From the human T2T-CHM13v2.0 reference genome, Homo sapiens: DNA of 64,000 nucleotides. Both the position numbers and the translations under genes were made by a program. The stretch spans positions 1,472,001 through 1,536,000 of the forward strand of contig CP068257.2 of NCBI GenBank assembly GCA_009914755.4, given 5' to 3'. Position 1 is the stretch's first letter, and every line of letters starts with the position of its first letter. Shown here in pieces: positions 1 through 14,200 of the stretch. The notes under the pieces are model-generated. The model was given only the letters and a program-made list of their open reading frames with translations, was not told where the DNA came from and ran no database searches.

Positions 1-1216
1 TTCTGTACATAAAATATCAAAGTACACCAGATATATATTCTATAGTGTACATAAAATAACAAAGTACACAAACTATACATTATATACTGTACATAAAATA
101 TGAAATTACATCAAATATATATTATATTAGGTACATAAAATATGAAAGTACATCAAATATAGATTATATACTGTACATAAAATATCAAAGTACCCCAAAT
201 ATATATTATATACTCTACATGAAATATCAAAGTTCACAAACTATATATTATATACTGTACATAAAATATCAAAGTACCCAAGGTATATATTCTATACTGT
301 ACAAAAAATATCAAAGTACCCAAAGCATGTATTATATACTGTACATAAAATATGAAAGTACATCAAATATATATTTTATTCTGTACATAAAATATCAAAG
401 TACACCAGATATATATTCTATAGTGTATATAAAATATCAAAGTACCCAAACTATACATTATATACTGTACATAAAATATGAAATTACATCAAATATATAT
501 TATATTAGGTACATAAAATATGAAAGTACATGAAATATAGATTATATACTGTACATAAAATATCAAGGTACCCCAAATATATATTATATACTGTACATGA
601 AATATCAAAGTTCACAAACTATATATTATATACTGTACATAAAATATCAAAGTACCCAAGGTATATATTCTATAGTGTACAAAAAATATCAAAGTACCCA
701 AAGCATGTATTATATACTGTACATAAAATATAAAATTACATCAAATATATATTTTATTCTGTACATAAAATATCAAAGTACACCAGATATATATACTATA
801 GTGTACATAAAATATCAAAGTACCCAAACTATACATTATACACTGTACATATAATATGAAATTACATCAAATATATATTAGGTACATAAAATATGAAAGT
901 ACATCAAATATAGATTATATACTGTACATATAATATCAATGTAACCCAAATATATATTTTATACTCTACATGAAATATCAAAGTTCACAAACTATATATT
1001 ATATACTGTACATAAAATATCAAAGTACCCAAGGTATATATTCTATACTGTACAAAAAATATCAAAGTACACAAAGCATGTATGATATACTGTACATAAA
1101 ATATGAAAGTACATCAAATATGTATTTTATTCTGTACATAGAATATCAAAGTACACCAGATATATATTCTATAGTGTACATAATATAACAAAGTACAAAA
1201 ACTATACATTATATAC

Positions 1217-1254
1217 TGTACATAAAATATGAAATTACATCAAATATATATTAG
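1217..1254. repeat. Monomer variant C, short form: tgtacataaaatatgaaattacatcaaatatatattag. The long form adds atatt before tag.
   Basis: Read directly. This is the only monomer that lacks the 3' ...tatac end and runs straight into gtacat of D. Confidence 0.9.
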
Positions 1255-1295
1255 GTACATAAAATATGAAAGTACATCAAATATAGATTATATAC
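1255..1295. repeat. Monomer variant D: gtacataaaatatgaaagtacatcaaatatagattatatac
   Basis: Read directly. Diagnostic atatagatta. Confidence 0.9.
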
Positions 1296-1337
1296 TGTAC
1301 GTAAAATATCAAAGTACCCCAAATATATATTATATAA
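1296..1337. repeat. Monomer variant E: tgtac[a/g]taaaatatcaaagtaccccaaatatatattatata[c/a]
   Basis: Read directly. Diagnostic gtacccc. Confidence 0.9.
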
Positions 1338-1379
1338 TGTACATGAAATATCAAAGTTCACAAACCATATATTATATAC
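1338..1379. repeat. Monomer variant F: t[c/g]tacatgaaatatcaaagttcacaaac[c/t]atatattatatac
   Basis: Read directly. Diagnostic catgaaatatcaaagttcac. Confidence 0.9.
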
Positions 1380-1421
1380 TGTACATAAAATATCAAAGTA
1401 CCCAAGGTATATATTCTATAC
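1380..1421. repeat. Monomer variant G: tgtacataaaatatcaaagtacccaaggtatatattctatac
   Basis: Read directly. Diagnostic cccaaggtatatattc. Confidence 0.9.
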
Positions 1422-1463
1422 TGTACAAAAAATATCAATGTACCCAAAGCATGTATTATATAC
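1422..1463. repeat. Monomer variant H: tgtacaaaaaatatcaaagtacccaaagcatgtattatatac
   Basis: Read directly. Diagnostic tgtacaaaaaa and aagcatgtatt. Confidence 0.9.
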
Positions 1464-1505
1464 TGTACATAAAATATGAAATTACATCATATATATATTT
1501 TATTC
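1464..1505. repeat. Monomer variant I: tgtacataaaatatgaaagtacatcaaatatatattttattc
   Basis: Read directly. Diagnostic atattttattc 3' end. Confidence 0.9.
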
Positions 1506-1547
1506 TGTACATAAAATATCAAAGTACACCAGATATATATTCTATAG
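1506..1547. repeat. Monomer variant A: tgtacataaaatatcaaagtacaccagatatatattctatag
   Basis: Read directly. Diagnostic acaccagat and the ...ctatag end. Confidence 0.9.
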
Positions 1548-1589
1548 TGTACATAAAATATCAAAGTACCCAATCTATACATTATAAAC
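1548..1589. repeat. Monomer variant B: tgtacataaaata[t/a]caaagtac[c/a]caaactata[c/a]attatatac
   Basis: Read directly. Diagnostic caaactatacatt. Confidence 0.9.
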
Positions 1590-1962
1590 TGTACATAAAA
1601 TATGAAATTACATCAAATATATATTAGGTACATAAAATATGAATGTACATCAAATATAGATTATAAACTGTACATAAAATATCAAAGTACCCTAAATATA
1701 TATTATATACTCTACAAGAAATATCAAAGTTCACACACTATATATTATATACTGTACATAAAATATCAAAGTACCCAAGGTATATATTCTATACTGTACA
1801 AAAAATATCAAAGAACCCAAACCATGTATTATATACTGTACATAAAATATGAAAGTACATCAAATATATATTTTATTCTGTACATAAAATATCAAAGTAC
1901 ACCAGATATATATTCTATAGTGTACCTAAAATATCAAAGTACCCAAACTATACATTATATAC

Positions 1963-3474
1963 TGTACATAAAATATGAAATTACATCAAATATATATTAT
2001 ATTAGGTACATAAAATATGAAAGTACATCAAATATAGATTATACACTGTACATAAAATATCAATGTACCCCAAATATATATTTTATACTCTACATGAAAT
2101 ACCAAAGTTCACAAACCATATATTATATACTGTACATAAAATATCAAAGTACCCAAGGTATATATTCTATACTGTACAAAAAATATCAAAGTACCCAAAG
2201 CATGTATTATATACTGTACATAAAATATGAAAGTACATCAAATATATATTTTATTCTGTACATAAAATATCAAAGTACACCAGATATATATTCTATAGTG
2301 TACATAAAATATCAAAGTACCCAAACTATACATTATATACTGTACATAAAATATGAAATTACATCAAATATATATTATATTAGGTACATAAAATATGAAA
2401 GTACATCAAATATAGATTATATACTGTACATAAAATATCAAAGTACCCCAAATATATATTATATACTCTACATGAAATATCAAAGTTCACAAACTATATA
2501 TTATATACTGTACATAAAATATCAAAGTACCCAAGGTATATATTCTATAATGTACAAAAAATATCAAAGTACCCAAAGCGTGTATTATATACTGTATATA
2601 AAATATGAAATTACATCAAATATATATTTTATTCTGTACATAAAATATCAAAGTACACTAGATATATATTCTATAGTGTACATAAAATATCAAAGTACCC
2701 AAACTATACATTATATACTGTACATAAAATATGAAATTACATCAAATATATATTATATTAGGTACATAAAATATGAAAGTACATCAAATATAGATTATAT
2801 ACTGTACATTAAATACCAAAGTACCCCAAATATATATTTTATACTGTACATGAAATATCAAAGTTCACAAACTATATATTATATACTGTACATAAAATAT
2901 CAAAGTACCCAAGGTATATATTCTATACTGTACAAAAAATATCAAAGTACCCAAAGCATGTATTATATACTGTACCTAAAATATGAAAGTACATCAAATA
3001 TATATTTTATTCTGTACATAAAATATCAAAGTACACCAGATATATATTCTATAGTGTACATAAAATATCAAAGTACCCAAACTATACATTATATACTGTA
3101 CATAAAATATGAAATTACATCAAATATATTTTATATTAGGTACATAAAATATGAAAGTACATCAAATATAGATTATATACTGTACATTAAATACCAAAGT
3201 ACCCCAAATATATATTTTATGCTGTACATGAAATATCAAAGTTCACAAACTATATATTATATACTGTACATAAAATATCAAAGTACCCAAGGTATATATT
3301 CTATACTGTACAAAAAATATCAAAGTACCCAAAGCATGTATTATATACTGTACATAAAATATGAAAGTACACCAAATATATATTTTATTCTTTACATAAA
3401 ATACCAAAGTACACCAGATATATATTCTATAGTGTACATAAAATAACAAAGTACACAAACTATAAATTATATAC
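1963..3474. repeat. Run of four consecutive 378-bp (long-C) HOR copies. This is the cause of the 614-aa spurious ORF 1602..3446.
   Basis: Long C monomers (atatatattatattag, or atatattttatattag at 3097) start at 1963, 2341, 2719 and 3097, and a short C follows at 3475. The period 378 = 3x126, so one stop-free register persists until the next short C. Confidence 0.8.
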
Positions 3475-6400
3475 TGTACATAAAATATAAAATTACATCA
3501 AATATATATTAGGTACATAAAATATGAAAGTACATCAAATATAGATTATATACTGTACATAAAATATCAATGTACCGCAAATATATATTTTATACTCTAC
3601 ATGAAATATCAAAGTTCACAAACCATATATTATATACTGTACATAAAATATCAAAGTACCCAAGGTATATATTCTATACTGTACAAAAAATATCAAAGTA
3701 CCCAAAGCATGTATTATATACTGTACATAAAATATGAAAGTACACCAAATATATATTTTATTCTGTACATAAAATATCAAAGTACACCAGATATATATTC
3801 TATAGTGTACATAAAATATCAAAGTACCCAAACTATACATTATATACTGTACATAAAATATGAAATTACATCAAATATATATTAGGTACATAAAATATGA
3901 AAGTACATCAAATATAGATTATATACTGTACATAAAATATCAATGTACAACTAATATATATTTTATACTCTACATGAAATATCAAAGTTCACAAACTATA
4001 TATTATATAATGTACATAAAATATCAAAGTACCCAAGGTATATATTCTATACTGTACAAAAAATATCAAAGTACCCAAAGCATGTATTATATACTGTACA
4101 TAAAACATGAAAGTACATCAAATATATATTTTATTCTGTACATAAAATATCAAAGTACACCAGATATATATTCTATAGTGTACATAAAATATCAAAGTAC
4201 CCAAACTATACATTATATACTGTACATAAAATATGAAATTACATCAAATATATATTATATTAGGTACATAAAATATGAAAGCACATGAAATATAGATTAT
4301 ATACTGTACATTAAATACCAAAGTACCCCAAATATATATTTTATACTGTACATGAAATATCAAAGTTCCCAAACTATATATTATATACTGTACATAAAAT
4401 ATCAAATACCCAAGGTATATATTCTATACTGTACAAAAAATATCAAAGTACCCAAAACATGTATTATAAACTGTACATAAAATATGAAAGTACATCAAAT
4501 ATATATTTTATTCTGTACATGAAATATCAAAGTACACCACATATATATTCTATAGTGTACATAAAATATCAAAGTACCCAAACTATACATTATATACTCT
4601 ACATAAAATATGAAATTACATCCAATATATATTATATTAGGTACATAAAATATGAAAGTACATCAAATATAGATTATATACTGTACATTAAATACCCAAG
4701 TACCCCAAATATATATTTTGTACTGTACATGAAATATCAAAGTTCACAAACTATGTATTATATACTGTACATAAAATATCAAAGTACCCAAGGTATATAT
4801 TCTATACTGTACAAAAAATATCAAAGTACCCAAAGCATGTATTATATACTGTACATAAAATATGAAAGTACATCAAATATATATTTAATTCTGTACATAA
4901 AATATCAAAGTACACCAGATATATATTCTATAGTGTACATAAAATATCAAAGTACCCAAACTATACATTATATACTGTACATAAAATATGAAATTACATC
5001 AAATATATATTAGGTACATAAAATATGAAAGTACATCAAATATAGATTATATACTGTACATAAAATATCAAAGTACCCCAAATATATATTATATACTCTA
5101 CATGAAATATCAAATTTCACAAACTATATATTATATACTGTACATAAAATATCAAAGTACCCAAGGTATATATTCTATACTGTACAAAAAATATCAAAGT
5201 ACCCAAAGCATGTATTATATACTGTATATAAAATATGAAAGTACATTAAAGATATATTTTATTCTGTACATAAAATATCAAAGTACACCAGATATATATT
5301 CTATAGTGTACATAAAATAACAAAGTACACAAACTATAAATTATATACTGTACATAAGATATGAAATTACATCAAATATATATTAGGTACATAAAATATG
5401 AAAGTACATCAAAAATAGATTATATACTGTACATATAATATCAAGGTACCCCAAATATATATTTTATACTCTACATGAAATATCAAAGTTCACAAATCAT
5501 ACATTATATACTGTACATAAAATATCAAAGTACCCAAGGTATATATTCTATACTGTACAGAAAATATCAAAGTACCCAAAGCATGTATTATATACTGTAC
5601 ATAAAATATGAAAGTACATCAAATATATATTTTATTCTGTACATAAAATATCAAAGTACACCAGATATATATTCTATAGTGTACATAAAATATCAAAGTA
5701 CCCAAACTATACATTATATACTGTACATAAAATATGAAATTACATCAAATATATATTAGGTACATAAAATATGAAGGTACATCAAATATAGATTATATAC
5801 TGTACATATAATATCAATGTACCCCTAATATATATTTTATACTCTACATGAAATATCAAAGTTCACAAACCATACATTATATACTGTACATAAAATATCA
5901 AAGTACCCAAGGTATATATTCTATACTGTACAAAAAATATCAAAGTACCCAAAGCACGTATTATATACTGTACATAAAATATGAAATTACATCAAATATA
6001 TATTATATTAGGTACATAAAATATGAATGTACATCAAATATAGATTATATACTGTCCATAAAATATCAAAGTACCCAAGGTATATATTCTATACTGTACA
6101 AAAAATATCAAAGTACCCAAAGCATGTATTATATACTGTACATAAAATATGAAAGTACATCAAATGTATATTTTATTCTGTACATAAAATATCAAAGTAC
6201 ACCAGATATATATTCTATAGTGTGCATAAAATAACAAAGTACACACACTATAAATTATATACTGTACATAAAATATGAAATTACATCAAATATATATTAG
6301 GTACATAAAATATGAAAGTACATCAAATATAGATTTTATACTGTACATAAAATATCAATGTACCCCAAATATATATTTTATACTCTACATGAAATATCAA

Positions 6401-6999
6401 AGTTCACAAACCATATATTATATACTGTACATATAATATCAAAGTACCCAAGGTATATATTCTATACTGTACAAAATATATCAAAGTACCCAAAGCATGT
6501 ATTATATACTGTACATAAAATATGAAAGTACATCAAATATATATTTTATTCTGTACATAAAATATCAAAGTACACCAGATATATATACTATAGTGTACAT
6601 AAAATATCAAAGTACCCAAACTATACATTATATACTGTACATAAAATATGAAATTACATCAAATATATATTAGGTACATAAAATATGAAAGTACATCAAA
6701 TATAGATTATATACTGTACATAAAATATCAAAGTACCCCAAATATATATTATATACTCTACATGAAATATCAAAGTTCACAAACTATATATTATATACTG
6801 TACATAAAATATCAAAGTACCGAAGGTATATATTCTATACTGTACAAAAAATATCAAAGTACCCAAAGCATGTATTATATACTGTATATAAAATAAGAAA
6901 GTACATTAAATATATATTTTATTCTGTACATAAAATATCAAAGTACACCAGATATATATTCTATAGTGTACATAATATAACAAAGTACACAAACTATAA

Positions 7000-8750
7000 A
7001 TTATATACTGTACATAAAATATGAAATTACATCAAATATATATTAGGTACATAAAATATGAAAGTACATCAAATATAGATTATATACTGTACATATAATA
7101 TCAATGTACCCCAAATATATATTTTATACTCTACAGGAAATATCAAAGTTCACAAACCATACATTATATACTGTACATAAAATATCAAAGTACCCAAGGT
7201 ATATATTCTATACTGTACAGAAAATATCAAAGTACCCAAAGCATGTATTATATACTGTACATAAAATATGAAAGTACATCAAATATATATTTTATTCTGT
7301 ACATAAAATATCAAAGTACACCAGATATATATTCTATAGTGTACATAAAATATCAAAGTACCCAAACTATACATTATATACTGTACATAAAATATGAAAT
7401 TACATCAAATATATATTAGGTACATAAAATATGAAAGTACATCAAATATAGATTGTATACTGTGCATTAAATATCAAAGTACCCCAAATATATATTATAT
7501 ACTCTACATGAAATATCAAAGTTCGCAAACTATATATTATATACTGTACATAAAATATCAAAGTACCCAAGGTATATATTCTATACTGTACAAAAAATAT
7601 CAAAGTACCCAAAGCATGTATTATATACTGTACATAAAATATGAAAGTACATCAAATATATATTTTATTCTGTACATAAAATATCAAAGTACACCAGATA
7701 TATATTCTATAGTGTACATAAAATATCAAAGTACCCAAACTATACATTATATACTGTACATAAAATATGAAATTACATCAAATATATATTATATTAGGTA
7801 CATAAAATATGAAAGTACAGCAAATATAGATTATATACTGTCCATAAAATATCAAAGTCCCCAAGGTATATATTCTATACTGTACAAAAAATATCAAAGT
7901 ACCCAAATCTTGTATTATATACTGTATATAACATATGAAAGTACATCAAATATATATTTTATTCTGTACATAAAATATCAAAGTACACCAGATATATATT
8001 CTATAGTGTACATAAAATAACAAAGTACACAAACTATAAATTATATACTGTACATAAAATATGAAATTACATCAAATATATATTAGGTACATAAAATATG
8101 AAAGTACATCAAATATAGATTATATACTGTACATAAAATATCAATGTACCCCAAATATATATTTTATACTCTACATGAAATATCAAAGTTCACAAACCAT
8201 ATATTATATACTGTACATAAAATATCAAAGTACCCAAGGTATATATTCTATACTGTACAAAAAATATCAAAGTACCCAAAGCATGTATTATATACTATAC
8301 ATAAAATATGAAATTACATCAAATATATATTTTATTCTGTACATAAAATATCAAAGTACACCAGATATATATTCTATAGTGTACATAAAATATCAAAGTA
8401 CCCAAACTACAAATTTTATACTTTACATAAAATATGAAATTACATGAAATATATATTAGGTACATAAAATATGAATGTACATCAAATATAGATTATATAC
8501 TGTACATAAAATATCAAAGTACCCCAAATATATATTATATACTCTACATGAAATATCAAAGTTCACAAACCATATATTATATACTCTACATAAAATATCA
8601 AAGTACCCAAGGTATATATTCTATACTGTACAAAAAATATCAAAGTACCCAAAGCATGTATTATATACTGTACATAAAATATGAAAGTATATCAAATATA
8701 TATTTTATTGTGTACATAAAATATCAAAGTACACCAGATATATATTCTAT
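7000..8750. repeat. Copy 1 of a 2530-bp-period super-repeat, near-identical to 9530-11280. A lower-identity extension runs back to ~6.6 kb.
   Basis: ORF pairs at offset 2530: 7394..8020 = 9924..10550 (208 aa, identical), 8061 <-> 10591 and 8434 <-> 10964 (1 aa difference). Rare variants ctacaggaaa and tgtacagaaaa occur at 7131/7208 and 9661/9738. The copies diverge after ~8760/11290. Confidence 0.8.
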
Positions 8751-9529
8751 AGTGTACATAAAATATCAAAGTACACAAACTATAAATTATATACTGTACA
8801 TAAAATATGAAATTACATCAAATATATATTAGGTACATAAAATATGAAAGTACATCAAATATAGATTATATACTGAACATATAATATCAATGTACCCCAA
8901 ATATATATTATATACTCTACATGAAATATCAAAGTACAGAAACCATACATTATATACTGTACATAAAATATCAAAGTACCCAAAGTATATATTCTATACT
9001 GTACAAAAAATATCAAAGTACCCAAAGCATGTATTATATACTGTACATAAAATATGAAATTACATCAAATATATATTTTATTCTGTACATAAAATATCAA
9101 AGTACACCAGATATATATTCTATAGTGTACATAAAATATCAAAGTACCCAAACTATACATTATATACTGTACATAAAATATGAAATTACATGAAATATAT
9201 ATTAGGTACATAAAATATGAAAGTACATCAAATATAGATTATATACTGTATATAAAATATCAAAGTACCCCAAATATATATTATATACTCTACATGAAAT
9301 ATCAAATTTCACAAACTATATATTATATACTGTACATAAAATATCAAAGTACCCAAGGTATATATTCTATACTGTACAAAAAATATCAAAGTACCCAAAG
9401 CATGTATTATATACTGTATAAAATATGAAAGTACATTAAAGATATATTTTCTTCTGTACATAAATTATCAAAGTACACCAGATATATATTCTATAGTGTA
9501 CATAAAATAACAAAGTACACAAACTATAA

Positions 9530-11280
9530 ATTATACACTGTACATAAAATATGAAATTACATCAAATATATATTAGGTACATAAAATATGAAAGTACATC
9601 AAATATAGATTATATACTGTACATATAATATCAATGTACCCCAAATATATATTTTATACTCTACAGGAAATATCAAAGTTCACAAACCATACATTATATA
9701 CTGTACATAAAATATCAAAGTACCCAAGGTATATATTCTATACTGTACAGAAAATATCAAAGTACCCAAAGCATGTATTATATACTGTACATAAAATATG
9801 AAAGTACATCAAATATATATTTTATTCTGTACATAAAATATCAAAGTACACCAGATATATATTCTATAGTGTACATAAAATATCAAAGTACCCAAACTAT
9901 ACATTATATACTGTACATAAAATATGAAATTACATCAAATATATATTAGGTACATAAAATATGAAAGTACATCAAATATAGATTGTATACTGTGCATTAA
10001 ATATCAAAGTACCCCAAATATATATTATATACTCTACATGAAATATCAAAGTTCACAAACTATATATTATATACTGTACATAAAATATCAAAGTACCCAA
10101 GGTATATATTCTATACTGTACAAAAAATATCAAAGTACCCAAAGCATGTATTATATACTGTACATAAAATATGAAAGTACATCAAATATATATTTTATTC
10201 TGTACATAAAATATCAAAGTACACCAGATATATATTCTATAGTGTACATAAAATATCAAAGTACCCAAACAATACATTATATACTGTACATAAAATATGA
10301 AATTACATCAAATATATATTATATTAGGTACATAAAATATGAAAGTACAGCAAATATAGATTATATACTGTCCATAAAATATCAAAGTCCCCAAGGTATA
10401 TATTCTATACTGTACAAAAAATATCAAAGTACCCAAATCTTGTATTATATACTGTATATAACATATGAAAGTACATCAAATATATATTTTATTCTGTACA
10501 TAAAATATCAAAGTACACCAGATATATATTCTATAGTGTACATAAAATAACAAAGTACACAAACTATAAATTATATACTGTACATAAAATATGAAATTAC
10601 ATCAAATATATATTAGGTACATAAAATATGAAAGTACATCAAATATAGATTATATACTGTACATAAAATATCAATGTACCCCAAATATATATTTTATACT
10701 CTACATGAAATATCAAAGTTCACAAACCATATATTATATACTGTACATAAAATATCAAAGTACCCAAGGTATATATTCTATACTGTACAAAAAATATCAA
10801 AGTACCCAAAGCATGTATTATATACTATACATAAAATATGAAATTACATCAAATATATATTTTATTCTGTACATAAAATATCAAAGTACACCAGATATAT
10901 ATTCTATAGTGTACATAAAATATCAAAGTACCCAAACTACAAATTTTATACTTTACATAAAATATGAAATTACATCAAATATATATTAGGTACATAAAAT
11001 ATGAATGTACATCAAATATAGATTATATACTGTACATAAAATATCAAAGTACCCCAAATATATATTATATACTCTACATGAAATATCAAAGTTCACAAAC
11101 CATATATTATATACTGTACATAAAATATCAAAGTACCCAAGGTATATATTCTATACTGTACAAAAAATATCAAAGTACCCAAAGCATGTATTATATACTG
11201 TACATAAAATATGAAAGTATATCAAATATATATTTTATTGTGTACATAAAATATCAAAGTACACCAGATATATATTCTAT
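9530..11280. repeat. Copy 2 of the 2530-bp-period super-repeat
   Basis: See copy 1. Confidence 0.8.
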
Positions 11281-14200
11281 AGTGTACATAAAATATCAAA
11301 GTACCAAAACTATACATTATATACTGTACATAAAATATGAAATTACATCAAATATATATTATATTAGGTACATAAAATATGAAAGTATATCAAATATAGA
11401 TTATATACTGTACATAAAATATGAAAGTACCCCAAATATATATTACATACTCTACATGAAATATCAAAGTTCACAAACTATATATTATATACTGTACATA
11501 AAATATCAAAGTACCCAAGGTATATATTCTATATTGTACAAAAAATATCAAAGTACCCAAAGCATCTGTTATATACTGTATATAAAATATGAAAGTACAT
11601 AAAATATATATTTTATTCTGTACATAAAACATCAAAGTACACCAGATATATATTCTATAGTGTACATAAAATATCAAAGTACACAAACTATACATTATAT
11701 ACTGTACATAAAATATGAAATTACATCAAATATATATTAGGTACATAAAATATGAAAGTACATCAAACATAGATTATACACTGTACATAAAATATCAAAG
11801 TACCCGAAATATATATTATATACTGTACATGAAATATCAAAGTTCACAAACTATATATTATATACTGTACATAAAATATCAAAGTACCCAAGGTATATGT
11901 TCTATACTGTACAAAAAATATCAAAGTACCCAAAGCATGTATTATATACTGTACATAAAATATGAAAGTACATCAAATATATATTTTATTCCGTACATAA
12001 AATATCAAAGTACACCAGATATATATTCTATAGTGTACATAAAATATCAAAGTTCCCAAACTATACATTATATAATGTACATAAAATATGAAATTACATC
12101 AAATATATATTAGGTACATAAAATATGAAAGTACATCAAATATAGATTATATACTGTACATAAAATATCAAAGTACCCCAAATATATTTTATATACTGTA
12201 CATGAAATATCAAATTTCACAAACTATATATTATATACTGTACATAAAATATCAAAGTACCCAAGGTATATATTCTATACTGTACAAAAAATATCAAAGT
12301 ACCCAAAGCATGTATTATATACTGTACATAAAATATGAAAGTACATCAAATATGTATTTTATTCTGTACATAGAATATCAAAGTACACCAGATATATATT
12401 CTATAGTGTACATAATATAACAAAGTACATAAACTATACATTATATACTGTACATAAAATATGAAATTACATCAAATATATATTAGGTACATAAAATATG
12501 AAAGTACATCAAATATAGATTATATACTGTACATAAAATATCAAAGTACCCCAAATATATATTATATAATGTACATGAAATATCAAAGTTCACAAACCAT
12601 ATATTATATACTGTACATAAAATATCAAAGTACCCAAGGTATATATTCTATACTGTACAAAAAATATCAAAGTACCCAAAGCATGTATTATATACTGTAC
12701 ATAAAATATGAAATTACATCATATATATATTTTATTCTGTACATAAAATATCAAAGTACACCAGATATATATTCTATAGTGTACATAAAATATCAAAGTA
12801 CCCAATCTATACATTATATACTGTACATAAAATATGAAATTACATCAAATATATATTAGGTACATAAAATATGTATGTACATCAAATATAGATTATATAC
12901 TGTACATAAAATATCAAAGTACCCTAAATATATATTATATACTCTACAAGAAATATCAAAGTTCACACACTATATATTATATACTGTACATAAAATATCA
13001 AAGTACCCAAGGTATATATTGTATACTGTACAAAAAATATCAAAGAACCCAAACCATGTATTATATACTGTACATAAAATATGAAAGTACATCAAATATA
13101 TATTTTATTCTCTATATAAAATATCAAAGTACACCAGATATATATTCTATAGTGTACATAAAATAACAAAGTACGCAAACTATACATTATATACTGTACA
13201 TAAAATATGAAATTACATCAAATATATATTAGGTACATAAAATATGAAAGTACATCAAATATAGATTATATACTGTACATAAAATATCAATGTACCCCAA
13301 ATATATATTTTATACTCTACATGAAATATCAAAGTTCACAAACCATATATTATTTACTGTACATAAAACATCAAAGTACCCAAGGTATATATTCTATACT
13401 GTACAAAAAATATCAAAGTACCCAAAGCATGTATTATATACTGTACATAAAATATGAAAGTATATCAAATATATATTTTATTCTGTACATAAAATATCAA
13501 AGTACACCAGATATATATTCTATAGTGTACATAAAATAACAAAGTACACAAACTATAAATTATATACTGTACATAAAATATGAAATTACATCAAATATAT
13601 ATTAGGTACATAAAATATGAAAGTACATCAAATATAGATTATATACTGTACATAAAATATCAATGTACCCCAAATATATTTTTTATACTCTACATGAAAT
13701 ATCAAAGTTCACAAACCATATATTATATACTGTACATAAAATATCAAAGTACCCAAGGTATATATTCTATACTGTACAAAAAATATCAAAGTACCCAAAG
13801 CATGTATTATATACTGTACATAAAATATGAAAGTACATCAAATATATATTTTATTCTGTACATAAAATATCAAAGTACACCAGATATATATTCTATAGTG
13901 TACATAAAATATCAAAGTACCCAAACTATACATTATATACTGTACATAAAATATGAAATTACATCAAATATATATTAGGTACATAAAATATGAAAGTACA
14001 TCAAATATAGATTATATACTGTACATAAAATATCAAAGTACCCCAAATATACATTATATACTCTACATGAAATATCAAAGTTCACAAACTATATATTATA
14101 TACTGTACATAAAATATCAAGGTACCCAAGGTATATATTCTATACTGTACAAAAAATATCAAAGTACCCAAAGCATTTATTATATACTGTACATAAAATA

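Larger units (their letters stand above)
1217..1589. repeat. Representative complete HOR copy (373 bp, 9 monomers), hand-delimited
   Basis: Monomers C 1217-1254 (38 bp), D 1255-1295 (41), E 1296-1337, F 1338-1379, G 1380-1421, H 1422-1463, I 1464-1505, A 1506-1547 and B 1548-1589 (42 each). The next C starts at 1590, which is 1217+373. Confidence 0.9.

Noticed and set aside
1602-3446. 614-aa ORF, and all other + strand ORFs of 60-436 aa, as a Tyr-rich repetitive structural protein gene
   Set aside because: The amino-acid sequence is simply the 42-bp monomer read in one register (14 codons per monomer). ORF boundaries are set by the 5-bp C-monomer indel, not by gene structure. Equivalent ORFs exist in other frames. 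DNA-level identity between copies shows no codon-position pattern. There is no start context, no signal peptide and no untranslated flanks.
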